NCBI GenBank assembly: GCA_013115125.1
Contig: JABANN010000160.1
Location: forward strand, 1 to 58,969
Source of the DNA: Perkinsus olseni
Lineage: Eukaryota
Length of the DNA: 58,969 bases
Direction: 5' to 3'
A model generated the notes under the pieces. The model saw nothing but the letters and a program-made list of their open reading frames with translations. It searched no databases and had not been told where the DNA came from. Positions 1 through 12,633 of this stretch are shown here, piece after piece. The position numbers and the translations under genes were made by a program. Each line of letters starts with the position of its first letter. The stretch's first letter is position 1.

Positions 1-224
1 CGCTTTCGTACAACATTGTCACTGCTACTTGCCGCGTCTTGAGTTACGTATAAGGAGTCACTGGTCCTACAGCGCCCGTTTCGGGGTTGCTTTCTAATTG
101 ATACTCCGAGAGCGTTGGCGTTTGCGGGTTTTAAACGCTAACACGTTAACCCATCATACCGGATACGTTAAAACGTTGCAAAGGATATTGCATATCTGGC
201 ATAATCTGGCTGGAACAGCGCACA

Positions 225-333
225 GTCGCAGATTTCAATTTTTTTCGAAATTTCCGCCTTCGCCGGAAATTTCCGAAACACTCTTCGGAAATTTGAATGA
301 AATTTCCGCCGCGGAAATCTATGTGCACCCATA
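225..333 (-). mobile_element. Candidate DNA-transposon terminus (hAT-like end with subterminal repeats)
   Basis: The minus strand starts TATGGGTGCACA, similar to TAGGGxTGCA-type hAT termini. It is followed by clustered AAATTTCCG/CGGAAATTT motifs in both orientations (248-318). No partner end was found. Confidence 0.35.
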
Positions 334-736
334 TAATATAACCGGCCAGTACAACTTACAGTATGTCAGTTGGATTTCGAAAGCAAATGTGAGCTCTCTC
401 GATGTTACGGAAAACAAGGTTCTTGAACGTCGCGCGGGGCAGGAAGTATCCCTAAGGGGTGAAGATTTGATTGATATAAATCGGTTGATGAAGGCTGATT
501 CAGCGAAGTACGATGCTATTTCTGACTTACGTCCCCGTGTGGGAAGGTGCCTTGGACTCCTAGGCTTGGAGGCCCCGCTTTACATTGTACATGTTATGAA
601 AACATGATGAAGTGCGTCTGATCGATGAGATCTGTCCACCCCGCCCTTGGGAGGAATGAGTGGCTGTGAACGTATCCGCGAACGTAGCCGTTTACTCTCA
701 CCGTTGCTCATCGTTGCTACTGTAGGGATTCTTGTT

Positions 737-758
737 ATGGTCTGAGACCATTGGTCTC
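737..758. repeat. 22-nt double-palindrome scar, 8-mer atggtctc
   Basis: atggtct+gagaccat+tggtctc. Confidence 0.85.
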
Positions 759-1513
759 AACAGTATCGTGGTATGAATAACCACCCCAGTTCGTCAGTAT
801 CGTCACAGAGCGGGAGTTCCGAGTTGCCTAGTCTCGAGGGGCCACTAAATCCCGATATCGATCAGTCCGACGAATTATTACATCGGTACACTATTTGTCT
901 TTTGTGTATCTAGTGAAGACAAGTGTTTTATATCGGCTGTTGTGTGTTCCCCATGGCTGTTTGGAAGAGATGCTACGGTTGGTGCGCTGGACAATAGGTG
1001 AGTCAACTGGTGTACCTTACGACATTCTTAGTAGGTTTCTTGCTCGAAATGCGAGTTATTATCCGTGTTAAGAGAAAGCCGTATGGGTTAAAGACGTTTG
1101 TGACTTGTGCATCTTGATCGTATCTTCATCTTCTCCGCTACCTTTTTTTGTAGCCTGGGGGAGGGGCCCCGGGCTCTAATGTGCCGCATGGAGGCTCACT
1201 GCGAAAATGGAAGACTGGGAAGCCGATTCCGCGATTGGTGCATCGGGCTCAAAATGGCACCAATCGACTCCTCTCGTCGAGCTGAGTATAATAGTGATGG
1301 AATTTTTCAAATATTATGCGCCATTTTGGGGCACTGATCGATTTAGTTTTTCAAATTAAAATTCCCGCGGATTTTACTGTGATCATGAGTTCAGCAGTCG
1401 GATTAGGGTAGTTGGTTGAGGTTGTGAGCTGTTGGTTGGGTGACCCGGGTTCGGTTCCGCTGCGGGACTCTTATGCGGAACTTCCGCATAAGAGTATACT
1501 ATGTATGATACTA

Positions 1514-2016
1514 CACCATTTCCAGACCTACTTAGTGAAACCCCAGAGCAAATTAGTAAAACTCCAGAGCAATTTAATCGACACGCGAGACGCATCCGGA
1601 TCGTCCCTCCTCCCTGCCCGGGGACTCCGGCCATGAGTGGCGGGAGATGCGGTAGGACGAAGGCAGAATACCTCCTGCCGTACTGTGATATGTTGCTCCG
1701 AGAAGGCGTTGAAGCAGTTACTATGCAACTTTGTATACGATACTTCAATCACGCCCAAACGTTTTATCCTCGTCGCTCAGCTATGGAAGGCATGTCAGTC
1801 GGAGCCCCAATTCGCGTGTTCAAGGATTAAACTTCAACCTGCGATCTGTAGGATACCGAGGGCTTACTTCATGTAGGCTGACGTTGTGAGTTTTCGTACT
1901 TGCTAGTGATTTCGTTGGGCTCTTTCATAAAATCAAATTGCTTTGGGCTTTTACTAATCTGGTCTGGGCTTTATTGAATTGCTTTGGGGTTTTACTAATT
2001 TGGTCTGGGAATGGTG
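1514..2016. mobile_element. Non-autonomous TIR element (MITE, Tc1/mariner-like) flanked by TA
   Basis: Left TA|CACCATTTCCAGACCTACTTAGTGAAACCCCAGAGCAA matches the reverse complement of the right end, TA|CACCATTCCCAGACCAAATTAGTAAAACCCCAAAGCAA. Both ends carry ~21-nt subterminal repeats. No transposase ORF. Confidence 0.8.
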
Positions 2017-2204
2017 TAGTTGAGCGGTCATGCTTCAAGTCTGTTATGCCGAAGGGTGTCGGTTCGATTTACACTATGGCAATCACTTCCTTTCGCGTAA
2101 GACCGACTTTCAAAGACCAAGAGTGCAACATTTAAAGATTTCTTGTGTGCAACATCACCATACTTCGCCTTGCACGCGCAAATATGGTTCAACGAATCCC
2201 ATCG

Positions 2205-2274
2205 GTTTAAACGAACTGTTGCACTACTTTCAGTTGTTAGTTTAAACGAACTGTTGCTCTATCTTCAGTTGTTA
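2205..2274. repeat. Tandem duplication, 2 x 35 nt
   Basis: gtttaaacgaactgttgcactactttcagttgtta followed by gtttaaacgaactgttgctctatcttcagttgtta. Confidence 0.9.
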
Positions 2275-2725
2275 TCGTTTTCGAATGCTAGCTTACGGTA
2301 AGCTCGCCACCAACATTCCAACCAACGCCAGGTCTTGTGGATGCTCTTTATTGATAGACTCGTTTTTCGCGGAACTGGATGCTGATGATCTCATTACTCA
2401 CACGGCACTCTCAAGGTAAGAAGAACATTCATCTCATCCGCAATGTCATCTTCGTACAGTTGCGAGTGCGGAGGCAGTGAAGCTCCCAACTGCTCTTCCT
2501 GCTCGCGTCATTATTGGCGCCTAAGCATCATAATTGTCGTTGTGTCGGTAGTGCTCCTCAGGAGAAGATGCAGGAGCTGATAGCTGCTCTCGTACTCGCA
2601 TCACTACTTGTCACTTTCAAGTTCTTAGGTCTCGAGGATTCATTCGTTTGCTGATCGTCATACATCTCACATGCTGGAGGAGGATTTGCGTTTCCGATTT
2701 GATTACTGGTATGTCTCCTGAGTAG

Positions 2726-2747
2726 ACTCTACAGTAGAGTCTCTACT
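2726..2747. repeat. 22-nt double-palindrome scar, 8-mer actctact (inside a GT..AG segment)
   Basis: actctac+agtagagt+ctctact. Confidence 0.85.
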
Positions 2748-4160
2748 CCTCTTGTTCGTTTGGCATTGATTACTCAGGTTCTTGGGATTTCCGTACAGAT
2801 ACAGATACAGATGCTCATGAGGAGAAGCACACTGCGACCAGTTCAGTCGCATCGTTGAAAACGTTCGCATAGAAGGTGTATGATCTTGGTCCTGATAATA
2901 TTGGTTATCTCTTAGAAATTCTAAGTTAGAATATGCTGAAGGTGATATTAGTCGTGTATCAATAGTGCTGAAACGATATCTCTCCAGCAATGAACTCAAG
3001 CTTCTGTATATTTTCCCGTAAAAGAATTGTTTTATGTTGAGTTGGTGGTTTGGGATGTACAGTATTGTACGAAACAGTAAAATGCGTCAATCTGCACAAT
3101 ACTACACAAAGAGGGACAGCAATAGATGTTTCCATAGCGTAATCCGTTATCTCGTAGCTGATATACAGAATTACCGTTTCTTTTCATTTTTGCTGCATGG
3201 AGCTCCCAAACGACTTGCCGATTCGCCCCAAATGCCGTAAATGGGGTTCATGGGAAAGGTGATGAGGAAAGGTTATCTCCTATAAAATTTGAACGATGTC
3301 GTAGGATTCAAAGAAGATTTTTCTGTTGGCTGGATCGGGCTTTCCCAAACGCGGTACGAAACACTTGAGTAACATATATATTTATTATTGGATTTCTAGG
3401 TACCTCAAAGATTACTGTGGCAGGCCGCCACTGGCAGTGGCAGCACATAGTCGCTTGGATGACTTGGAAAACAATCGGACCGAGGTAGGTTGGTTTTGTT
3501 GGTTTAGTATTAGACTGATACAAGGTTCGGCGCTGAAGATCCTTCTGGGGGAAAAGTTGCCGCTGTTTCGTTCATCGCTAACGAGTTGTCCGCCGCAATC
3601 TGGGTTATGAATGCCGACTACCCCGAACGGGTTCCGTGGAGAAATGTGAATGATCTACGCGGACGCGTGAATGGTAACCCAGCCGAAAGACAACAGTATT
3701 TGGTAAGCATTGGGTGTGTATGCAATTGGTTTATGGTCTTTCGTAGGCTTGGGAGGTGGCGTGGAACCATATTAGAAATGCGCATTTCGAGCGTTCTCCT
3801 GTTAACACTGGAGTTCAACCGCACCCACGTGGCCGGTTGATAAGCAAAGGATGATAAGATATCTAGGCAGTACAATGTGGGTAAGCAACAATTGGGTTAC
3901 TCTCTTTCATTTGAATTCTTCCACCAATAGAGCCGAATCTTCATTATGAGCTTAGGTTCGGGAATAGGAAGGCGAATTATACTCATATTGTAGGTAACCT
4001 CAGAAGTCTCGTGATTATTCTGCGTTCAGATAAAAAAATCGTCTCTGATATTGCTGCCGTTTCATTGAGAACCTGGCTCGATATTCGAGAACATACATCG
4101 TGGGGGAGGTCGTCGCTCATGTTATTTTGTTGGTGGACTGGAGAATCTATTGATGATAAA

Positions 4161-4221
4161 TATCGTAGTAAGAAGCGATATAGACTATATCGCTTCTTAC
4201 TACGATACTATATCATATAGT
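4161..4221. repeat. Long double-hairpin scar, 8-mer gatatagt
   Basis: Perfect 23-bp arms around the single base 4184 (4161-4207), then actatatc+atatagt (4207-4221). Confidence 0.9.
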
Positions 4222-4796
4222 TGAAGCTTTTATCACGCAGGCGTGCACCGTCAAGCCATGACTGTCGCTCGCCTATTAAGATTATGGCCTGTGTGCCGTC
4301 TCGTCTCATGATTTCCTTATTGCTTTTACCGCTTTACCGTTCACGAAGAGCGTTAGAGATATTTACAAGAGGAGAACATAACCAATTAGAAGATATCAGA
4401 AAACCGACTCTTTACAACAGGGTTTGGGACATACTCTTCTTGGGCGATCCGGTTTTATATGGATACCACGTTGGAAATGTCCTTTTTTCAGTGCATCATG
4501 GGGTTCTTCCGAGGTTGGCTATAATTTGATAATATCGCTTCAGGTTTAAATTCTGCTTCAAATTTACGGAGACGTCTATTCAATGACGAGGAAATCGACG
4601 ATGCCCCAAGCAAATAACGTAGCTTTTGCCTTATTTTGTTATAATTCTGTATATTTTGTAGAATCGTATATTTCGTATTGAGGTACTGTTGAGTTGTTGT
4701 GTTTTGGGGAGTATTGTGATTCTGTCTTATTCTCCAGTTGGCCTCGTCTACTATTGGCATTAAGGCCTCCTGTTTCATCTGAAGAAGCGAAATTGA

Positions 4797-4894
4797 GTGA
4801 TGAATCATCACTGATGATGTTCTTCGTCAGACTTGCACTAATAATGTTAGTCTAACACGTACAGGTAATGGGACCACGACTCGTGGTCCACGAG
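4797..4894. repeat. Two 22-nt scars (4797-4818 gtgatgat; 4873-4894 accacgag)
   Basis: gtgatga+atcatcac+tgatgat; accacga+ctcgtggt+ccacgag. Confidence 0.85.
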
Positions 4895-5705
4895 GAGTTA
4901 TTGGATTTGTTGAGAGGGGTCCAAAAATATGATAGTGGGAAATGGATACCTTTATGATGGAAACTTCAACGACTTGGTCAAGATTGTGGACGCGTCATGT
5001 TTCAGCCGTGTCATTCAACCTGTTGGAAGTCCTATGTCTCTGGCAGACAATCTTGAGAATGATCCTGCTCTGGCTGAATCCGCTAGGAACGATTTTCCAT
5101 TGCCTTTGCGGCTCACTTCGACGACGAACAGAATGAGATTAAGCTTGATTATCTGTTCGACATACAGTATGCCAACGCACTACTCTGCAATCGATACTCG
5201 TACCTGTATGCGTTCTTGCTCTAGGCCGAGGACAGATATTCAGCAGCTATTTCTCCAATGCGGTGGCCTCTCTGAAATCACAACGGTGGTACGCGATGCA
5301 AACCCGGCCACCATACGAGCCGCTCGCTCTGTATTCGCCGAGCACTGTTCGGTCACGGTGCCACAAGAGGGATAGTATCCGCGATATTACCGCCGGATTG
5401 ATGCCTGCTTGATTCTCAAGCACCTCTGTTGGCATGAGCGAAGGCTTCACAGTGCACAGGTGTAGCATACACCGTGTAGGTGGCATCGTCGAGAATCCAA
5501 CAAAAGAGCAAAGCTTTCGGCTGCCGAAATTCGGAAGCCGATCAAGATCAGCTGCGAGAGATCACGCGGGAGATCACTACGATTCACTTGCAGGCATGCC
5601 ATGTTCCTGTTGACCCCCTCGAGGTCCTCCTTTCAGGGCTGGAAGTCCCCGTATGACACAGCGTTAGACTTTTAGTCTTAGTAAGATGCTATTGGACTGC
5701 GCGAG

Positions 5706-5902
5706 ACTTTGACTCAAAGTCTTTGAGTCATAACCTTATTTTCCGTGGTCGAGGTGCCAGACACCACTGCTGGAGCGTCGGTTCCAAGAGTACAAACAAC
5801 CCGTAAATCTCTAGCATGGAACCTCAACAATCATACCGAGTTCGCTCGTAGCGACTCGCTCCGTGCCGCAGCGCCGTTGTGTGGCTGCCAGCCACTGGCT
5901 GG
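5706..5902. repeat. Two 22-nt scars (5706-5727 actttgag; 5881-5902 gtggctgg)
   Basis: actttga+ctcaaagt+ctttgag; gtggctg+ccagccac+tggctgg. Confidence 0.85.
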
Positions 5903-8069
5903 TGGCGACGGTCCCTGACCACACAGCACATAAGCTATCTGTCCTCATATCTTAGCCTAGCTATTTCCATTTATTAATGATGATGTACTCTCAATAATTA
6001 AGACCTAATATCAGTCTCTTGAGAAGTCTCTGGTACTTGAGTTCACCATGAGTGGTAACAATGTCTTTGCCTAGCGTCATGTGAGCCTACTATCATATTG
6101 ATGGACGATTTTCTTCCTATCATTCGTCTACTCCAGCTATGGACAGTCCATAATGAACTTCCTATCTTGCGTGTTGTACGGTAGCACAAATGACATGGTC
6201 TCTCATCATAAGGACTCCATAACACTTGGCAAGCATAAGAGTCTTATGACGGTCGCGCGTGGCGACGCGCCATTGGCGAGTCCATTGTCAGCGACGTTTC
6301 AACCAGGAAGGCTGCCAATGGCTATTCGACGAATAGGCTCTGAGCACTGTGCTCATAATATGAGTCATATTGCAGAACAGGGGACCCCACGCTTGCTCAG
6401 CGCGTCAAGAATCTTGACTCAAGAGGGACTCGAAACTCAAACGGACCCGACAGGAAAGAGACGTTAGCTACTGGTAAGGGGCCAACTTAGGCAGCCTCTT
6501 CTCTCTTCGACTTGCGATTCTTGCGCCTGAGTGGCAAAACAATTCCACCAACATATTCGCCGGTTTTGGGAATTATGCTAGACGGCGTCTACTAGACGTT
6601 TATAGACTATAACCGAACAGAAACGCGATCGAGTTTGAATAATAAACTCAATGAACACGCTCGCTGGCCACGACAACGGTACTCGACGTACATTCTATAA
6701 ACGACAGCGTTGTAGTTAAATGGAAACGCACTCGGAGTTCGGTGGCACATCCGACCAAACAATAACCAGCGCGCTGCTCCTGCCAATCACTGCTATGTCG
6801 TTCCGTCAGAAACGAACCCACACGAGCTAGTCCTATCGTGAAACGCCCGGCAGTACTCGGTGGCCTTTTCCATCTGCTCCTTCACCCATCGATTCTCCTC
6901 CTGTTTGAACTCCTCGACATTAGAGGCGGGGAAAGCACCTTGCCTGAGGAGACGGAGCTACATTAGCACGCATTGCACATAACAAGGAATCTAGAGTGTG
7001 AGGCACAAACTGTGAGCTGAAGTTCGATTCGATTATTCGAACCCGGCTCGGCCAGGAGAACCCGGGATCTCTCAGGCTGGGCGGAGTCGAGGTGAGTCTT
7101 ATTCTTGCCAATAGTTACACTCATATTCATACTGTGATGATATTATGAATGGTGACCTCATGGTTTTGCACTCTATCATTGCACAGGTATGCTGTGTGAA
7201 GACTATTACATATATAATGATTGTAGTTCGTTAGATACAGTACCAAGTTGATGCTTTCAACTGAACTGATCCATACGGACAACGAAATCAACTCAATCGT
7301 CACCTACCTTGCATACACCGCTACTGCCAAGCTATTACTACACATATTGAGGCCGACCCAGTCACTTCGAAAATACAAGATAGAGGTTGATTCTTATCCG
7401 ATTCGAATGGAAGCAGACTACTTCTACTTCAAGGGGATTATATCTATGTATGATTTATCCTGACTTCGTGTTCTATTCCACGCGTGTCCCCGTCATTACC
7501 AGCGTCCACGTATCTTCTGGTTCTCCAACTCCCAGCTGGGCTCGCCAGACATAAAGTAGCGATCTGAAAGCAGAGAGAACCCCGTTCTCTGTGATGGTTC
7601 TACCGAACCATCACAGTCTCTTAAGTCGCAGAGAACATGTAGAAGCGCGATGGCGCAGAGATGTATTCACGCAGATTCAGTGATGAGCTTCTTTCAGTCA
7701 AGTAATCCAGAAACTTAGAATCGCATTTTAGGCGTTCAAATCAATTCGAGAATCGCCTCCCGAGTTTCACGAACCTCGATTTCCCTCAGAAGCGCCGCAA
7801 TAGTGGAATGCCGCCGATGCCACTAGTGACCATTAAGCAAGGTAGTTCTATTGTAGACAGAACTCCAGTGGAGTGATGGTGGATTACATCAAGCTACGGC
7901 ACGGGGCTTTGCGAGACAGTTGATGAAATGCAAGTACAGCGAAACCATCCAGCCAAAACTCACCAGGATAGCCGATACTCACTAAATCGCGCCGAAATAA
8001 GGTGTGAAACGCGCCATTTAGGGAGTGCTCAGACCTCACGACCCACTAGCAGGCTTGTGTCTTCGAATA

Positions 8070-8401
8070 TTGAGATGAAACATGGAGGGATAGCTTTTTG
8101 AAAGACGCTCTCTCCACTGGTGTACCGCATTAGATCAGATGCAAAGTTGTAGATGTAGTTCCCGAGTAAAAGTTGGTATTTTGAGGCGCAATTTTAAGCC
8201 GTGTATGCTAAGAATTTGTGGAGAAAATTTTTTACGACTTTTCGAGTTCTCACTAACTATGAAGAGTTAGGCTCTGAAACTTGGAAGTTATATCCTGGGA
8301 AGCATAAGAATAAACCTCCTTGAGTTGCAGTTCCGTACTCGTCCAGGTGACACTGCACGAGTCGAAAAACCGGATATGCTAAGAATTTGTGGAGGGGTGT
8401 A
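8070..8401 (-). mobile_element. Orphan DNA-transposon end
   Basis: The minus strand begins TA|CACCCCTCCACAAATTCTTAGCATA. The 20-mer tatgctaagaatttgtggag occurs twice (~8204 and ~8375), like inner and outer transposase-binding repeats. The region is AT-rich and non-coding. Confidence 0.5.
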
Positions 8402-8702
8402 GGACTTGGACGAACGTCCGGAGGTTCTGACTGACTCGACTCGCTGTAGAAGACCTAGGCAAGGCAGGCCCTACTCGGGACAGGACGATCAGACTGACGC
8501 CCTCACTAGTGCCATTGAGACGTGTTACACGTCAAGTGTATTTTTCGTATGTATATCGGAAATGATTCTTCCCACAATTCAGTGTGATCCGCTGGTCAAT
8601 TTCTCTCGTTCAACTTTATTGGCTCCCTGGTGTTCAGTGCCGTATACTCAATCGACCTTCGACAAACGTCTTCGTACAGTTTCGTTGTTTGTTCTATAAA
8701 CC

Positions 8703-11700
8703 ATGCCCGATGATATTGCGATGGCCACCAATGGCGTTAATGGAGACTATGATGAACCAACAGTGCAAGCAGTGGCTGAGTATATAAGAGAGGCCGTACA
8801 GGAGACTGAAAGGGCACTGCTGGATGAGGGCAAGAGGACCCCTGTAGAGCGATGGGTAGTGTTATGGTGGCAACTCGTGTTCACCGGCCTATTACTCATC
8901 AAGGTGTTCGATCGCATTGCTGGTACAAATCAGTAGGATCGCCTGTGCTCGACTGATGTCTGATAACGGTGATGTGCCCGCCAAACTTGTTCTTACGCAG
9001 TCAGTGTTAATCGTTTTAAATCTCCGGTAGCCACCATCTTCTTTGGAACTGGTCTGTATTGTTTCAGTCGCTCTCTGGTTCGTCTTTGACTTAACTCTCG
9101 CTTATCTCCGGGCAGGTGTATTCTTCATCATATTCACTCTCGCCCTATACTAAAGATGTAGTTCTCTGTTCTCAGGTTGATTTGGTTGATAGCAATAAGT
9201 GGCTGTCAAGCGCCTTGCTGGACGCCAAATTCATCAGCCCTCTTCGGGAAGCATCCCTTGGCACGAAGTCTCGGGGGTTCGGTAGATTTATAAGTGGCCT
9301 GGTGAGCTGACTAAGTTGTCATCGTGAGAGCCAGGAGCGGTATTTCTGTAGGCGTTCCTGATATCATCAGTGCTGCGAGGATTCGGCCAGGTGGTCTTCC
9401 AGGACAACCCATGTGAGTGGACGGGCGCCAGAGGCCGTGGTCAGCTCCGCTCGGTGCAGAACTGAGAGAAGCGTCTCGCTTCATCGCAACAGTCGTGACG
9501 GTATATCCATCTCGCACATTCGTCGGCATCTTGTTGCTATTATGTAGTTTCGGGTAGGAATGCTTAGCGTGACTGAATATGACCAGAGACAAAGCGTGGA
9601 GCCTAACGTGTTTTCCGAGGGAACGGAGTGACATTGAGTTGCAGTTAGTGACGGAGTTCATTAGTGAAATTTTCCTGGTTTCGGCGGGATCTCGGAACAT
9701 TATTCCTGAGATCTGGATGACTTCCTCAATATGAGCGTTTGCATTCTCGCGAACGATCCGTGAAAACTAGCCATTGGGCGTTTCTCAAGGTGCCATTGTT
9801 CTTTCATCAGGGACGGGCGCCTTTGTATGTGTTGCTGGCGGTTTACCTCACTGGCCGACAGCTATAATGGGCATCCTAGGATGTAAGGATCGATACGCCC
9901 TTACTCCCTACCTAGAGTAACGCGATCAGGTACCATCACTACTGTCTTTCCCTTGCTTGTGCAGCCACCGGAAACGAGAGCGTAGGTGGGCGGACCCTCT
10001 GTTCGCTCGCTCGCTTTTTGTTTTCTCGGAATGCCTGTTGTGATCAGGTTGGTCGCCAGTGGGCTGTACGGCTTCAACGGAGTACTGTTGGGATGGGGAT
10101 ATGCGACATTTGACAATAACATCCAGCAGGCTGATACATGTAGGATCAGGCCGTAGTGGCTGTGATGGGGATTTTCACTCTCAGTTGCGTCGGGTATCAT
10201 CGCGCTGCTGAGGGCCCTGCCAGCATTGCTCTTCCTTGGGGTAGTAACGGGAGAGATCTCGTTGATTTTACCGATCGGAGGGAGTCTTTCCTGATTTAGC
10301 ATGCTCTGCAGGAGAGGACGCGTCGTCCATGGAATTCGCCATAGTCGCCTTCGTGACGCTGCGGGGCTTGTGTATTGTGTTGGCCAACTCTGCGCTCCGC
10401 GCTTGCGCTTTTGGATTACCGTTTCGAGTCCTGTCTCTCAGATACTGACTGGCATCCTGCATGTCGTTATTAGTAGAAGCTTCACTAAGGCCACGAGGAT
10501 ACCTCCCTTAACTTGGCCGTAAATTGAAAGCCTCTGCTCGGCAGTGCGACAGAATCTCGGATAGGTATAACATCGCTTTGCTTATGTGGATGGCATGTGC
10601 TACACTCTCTACAAACTATGGTAATGGGGCGAGAGGGGAGAGCTGGTTGAAGCCCTTCTCAGAGGGGTTGTGGGAATGTGAATATTCCTAGCATGATGAA
10701 AGTGATTTTATTCGAACGAATTTTTCCTTTTCCTAGTGCTAGGGTCAATGATTCTGTATCATCGACTAGACCACGCTGTTGGAATGACCTCAAAAGTTGA
10801 GTCATCATTGTCCTGCTTTGATGGGTGTGGCTCTCCATCCGAATTTTTATTGCTTCGCCCTGTTGACTCGACCAATTTGAGTACACTGTTAGCTGATGGA
10901 TGGTCTTCACTTGGTGAGGTGTCCAGTGGCCGCTTGTCAGATTGTCTGACTCAGATACGCTTTTCACTAATGCCGCTACCCCGAGAGCTGTGGCGGGTGA
11001 CTACACAGTAGCTTGGTTCTTCGAAGCCTGGTTGAGAGGAGTCTCCCAGGTTGTCTTCAGTAATACTCGGGGCCCTTCACATGCATGGGAACTGGCCAAT
11101 GCTTGCGATGAAATTCTCATGTCTTCATCACCATGATCGTGGATTCTATTTCATCGTGAAATTCCCGTTCCATGTGGCAGGTCCGGATCTATGGTCGGGC
11201 GTAGTGCTGTTGATCGGCATTCTCTTCGGGTGAGTGTTGGTCCATGTCTTCTGTACGCGGTAGCGTCGTCACGTTCAGGTCGCCTTATTCTGTATTTCTC
11301 ACGGCGTACGGTGCCCTCATTGGGCTCCTAACCGGCATGGGCATCGGGCTCGACTTCCGCGGTATGCTTGATAGTGGTTTGGTAATCCGGTTCACGTCCG
11401 CTGATGCCATTCCGATCATCTATGTCAGGTCTGCTATAACCCAGTGCTAGTCGCGCTGTCTCTGGGCGGCTTTTATGTGGCACCCAGTTTGAAGGGGTTC
11501 ATTCTCATGACCTTCGGCTGCATGCTGTCGGTTATCGCCTTTCAGGGCGTGGTCAATTTACTGGTAATTTTTCGGCATTTTCGTGGCTGGATGATGTTAT
11601 TGCGGTCAGGTCCTGCCGAACGGAGGGCCGGCGTTGACTGCCCCGTTTTGTATTACGGTTACTATTCTGTTTGGCGCGATGTCCTGGGATTTCATCGACG

Positions 11701-12279
11701 GCGTAAGCGAAGAGTTGAGAGCGATGAATGTAATTCCACTGCAGTTACCCGTCTTGTTCCCACGCCAGCTCACATGCACTGAGAGGCACTGGGCGCTGAA
11801 GAGCCGCACTCAACGTGCTATCCGGGTTGTGCGGGAACTGGAGAGCGGCAGCGATATGAATACGCTGGTTTCATCGGTAGGGCAGCGGACGGCGGGGTCG
11901 CGTGGGCTGTGACGGCGACCGTATTTTGAGGTTGATGTTGGCTTTTGACAGGATGTTGTCCGGGACCTTGGTCGAGCTGTGTCGATGAAAGTTCAGGAGT
12001 TGCTACCTGTCTCCAGTACTATCACTTCTGTGTGCTTTACTACTCGCATCCGTCCCTGGTCAGGTATGAGGCGATCGAGCGAGGACGGGTATGCAGAAAC
12101 ACTGCTGTCTAAAGCGGGCCTCCATCATTGGCATCAGTAGCGAAGGGAGGGGTGTCCCACGTGTGGCACTCTCGTTATTCAGTCATATGGTTACATATGG
12201 CGAGGAGGGCAAGGACCATGGGGATTACTCCCTTCAGAAGGTCGCCGCAATAGCGGAGTATGCTGCTAAATACGAGTAG
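8703..12279 (+). CDS. Urea transporter (UT/SLC14 family), multi-exon
   Basis: Exons encode VASGLYGFNGVLLGWGYATF (~10052), WFFEAWLRGVSQVVFSN (~11013), PDLWSGVVLLIGILF, SAITQCLVALSLGGFYV and PAERRAGVDCP-adjacent hydrophobic segments. These include the UT signature motifs. Starts MPDDIAM and ends AEYAAKYE*. Confidence 0.88.
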
Positions 12280-12611
12280 GGCTGACGCAGGGTTACATCT
12301 TCGTGTTTGAGGATGGTCATCAACAGGCTCTTGGTCGTTCAACAATTTGATGGTCAGGTTGCTGAGGACTGTGTTCCTTCGATGCTGTGAATTCGGTAGT
12401 GAGTGTAGCCTCATGGACTCGATATTAGTCGGGCTGAATGCCGCTGATGGTTTCCCGGCCAGTCTTAAGGAGCAGGTGAGGAGGCAGTGAAACTCCAGTG
12501 GGGAAATTTCGCTATCGTCGCGAATGAGATTATCATCACTGGCATTACTATCAGTTCTAAATTCAGAGGAGTATGGCCGATCCACGCTGCCAATTTTAAC
12601 GCGAGAAACCA

Positions 12612-12633
12612 TAGGTTACTAACCTAAGGTTAG
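12612..12633. repeat. 22-nt scar, 8-mer taggttag
   Basis: taggtta+ctaaccta+aggttag. Confidence 0.85.

Larger units (their letters stand above)
2400..5375 (+). pseudogene. Degraded multi-exon gene with short AT-rich introns, possibly a transposon-related relic
   Basis: Repeated ~40-nt GT..AG segments separate coding-like pieces (RNSKLEYAEGDISRVSIVLKRYL, WVMNADYPERVPWRNVNDLRG). The piece ITTVVRDANPATIRAARSVF weakly resembles a MULE transposase motif. No continuous ORF could be assembled. Confidence 0.3.

Noticed and set aside
98-607. 169-aa ORF as a real gene
   Set aside because: Its 5' half runs through transposon-end-like repeats and no domain is recognisable.
1501-1830. ORFs within the MITE as a transposase
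   Set aside because: They translate the TIR repeats and have no DDE motif.
7589-7616. 12-bp hairpin with a 4-nt loop as a scar or terminator
   Set aside because: The centre is not a single base, no shared 8-mer was found, and intrinsic terminators do not apply to this genome type.
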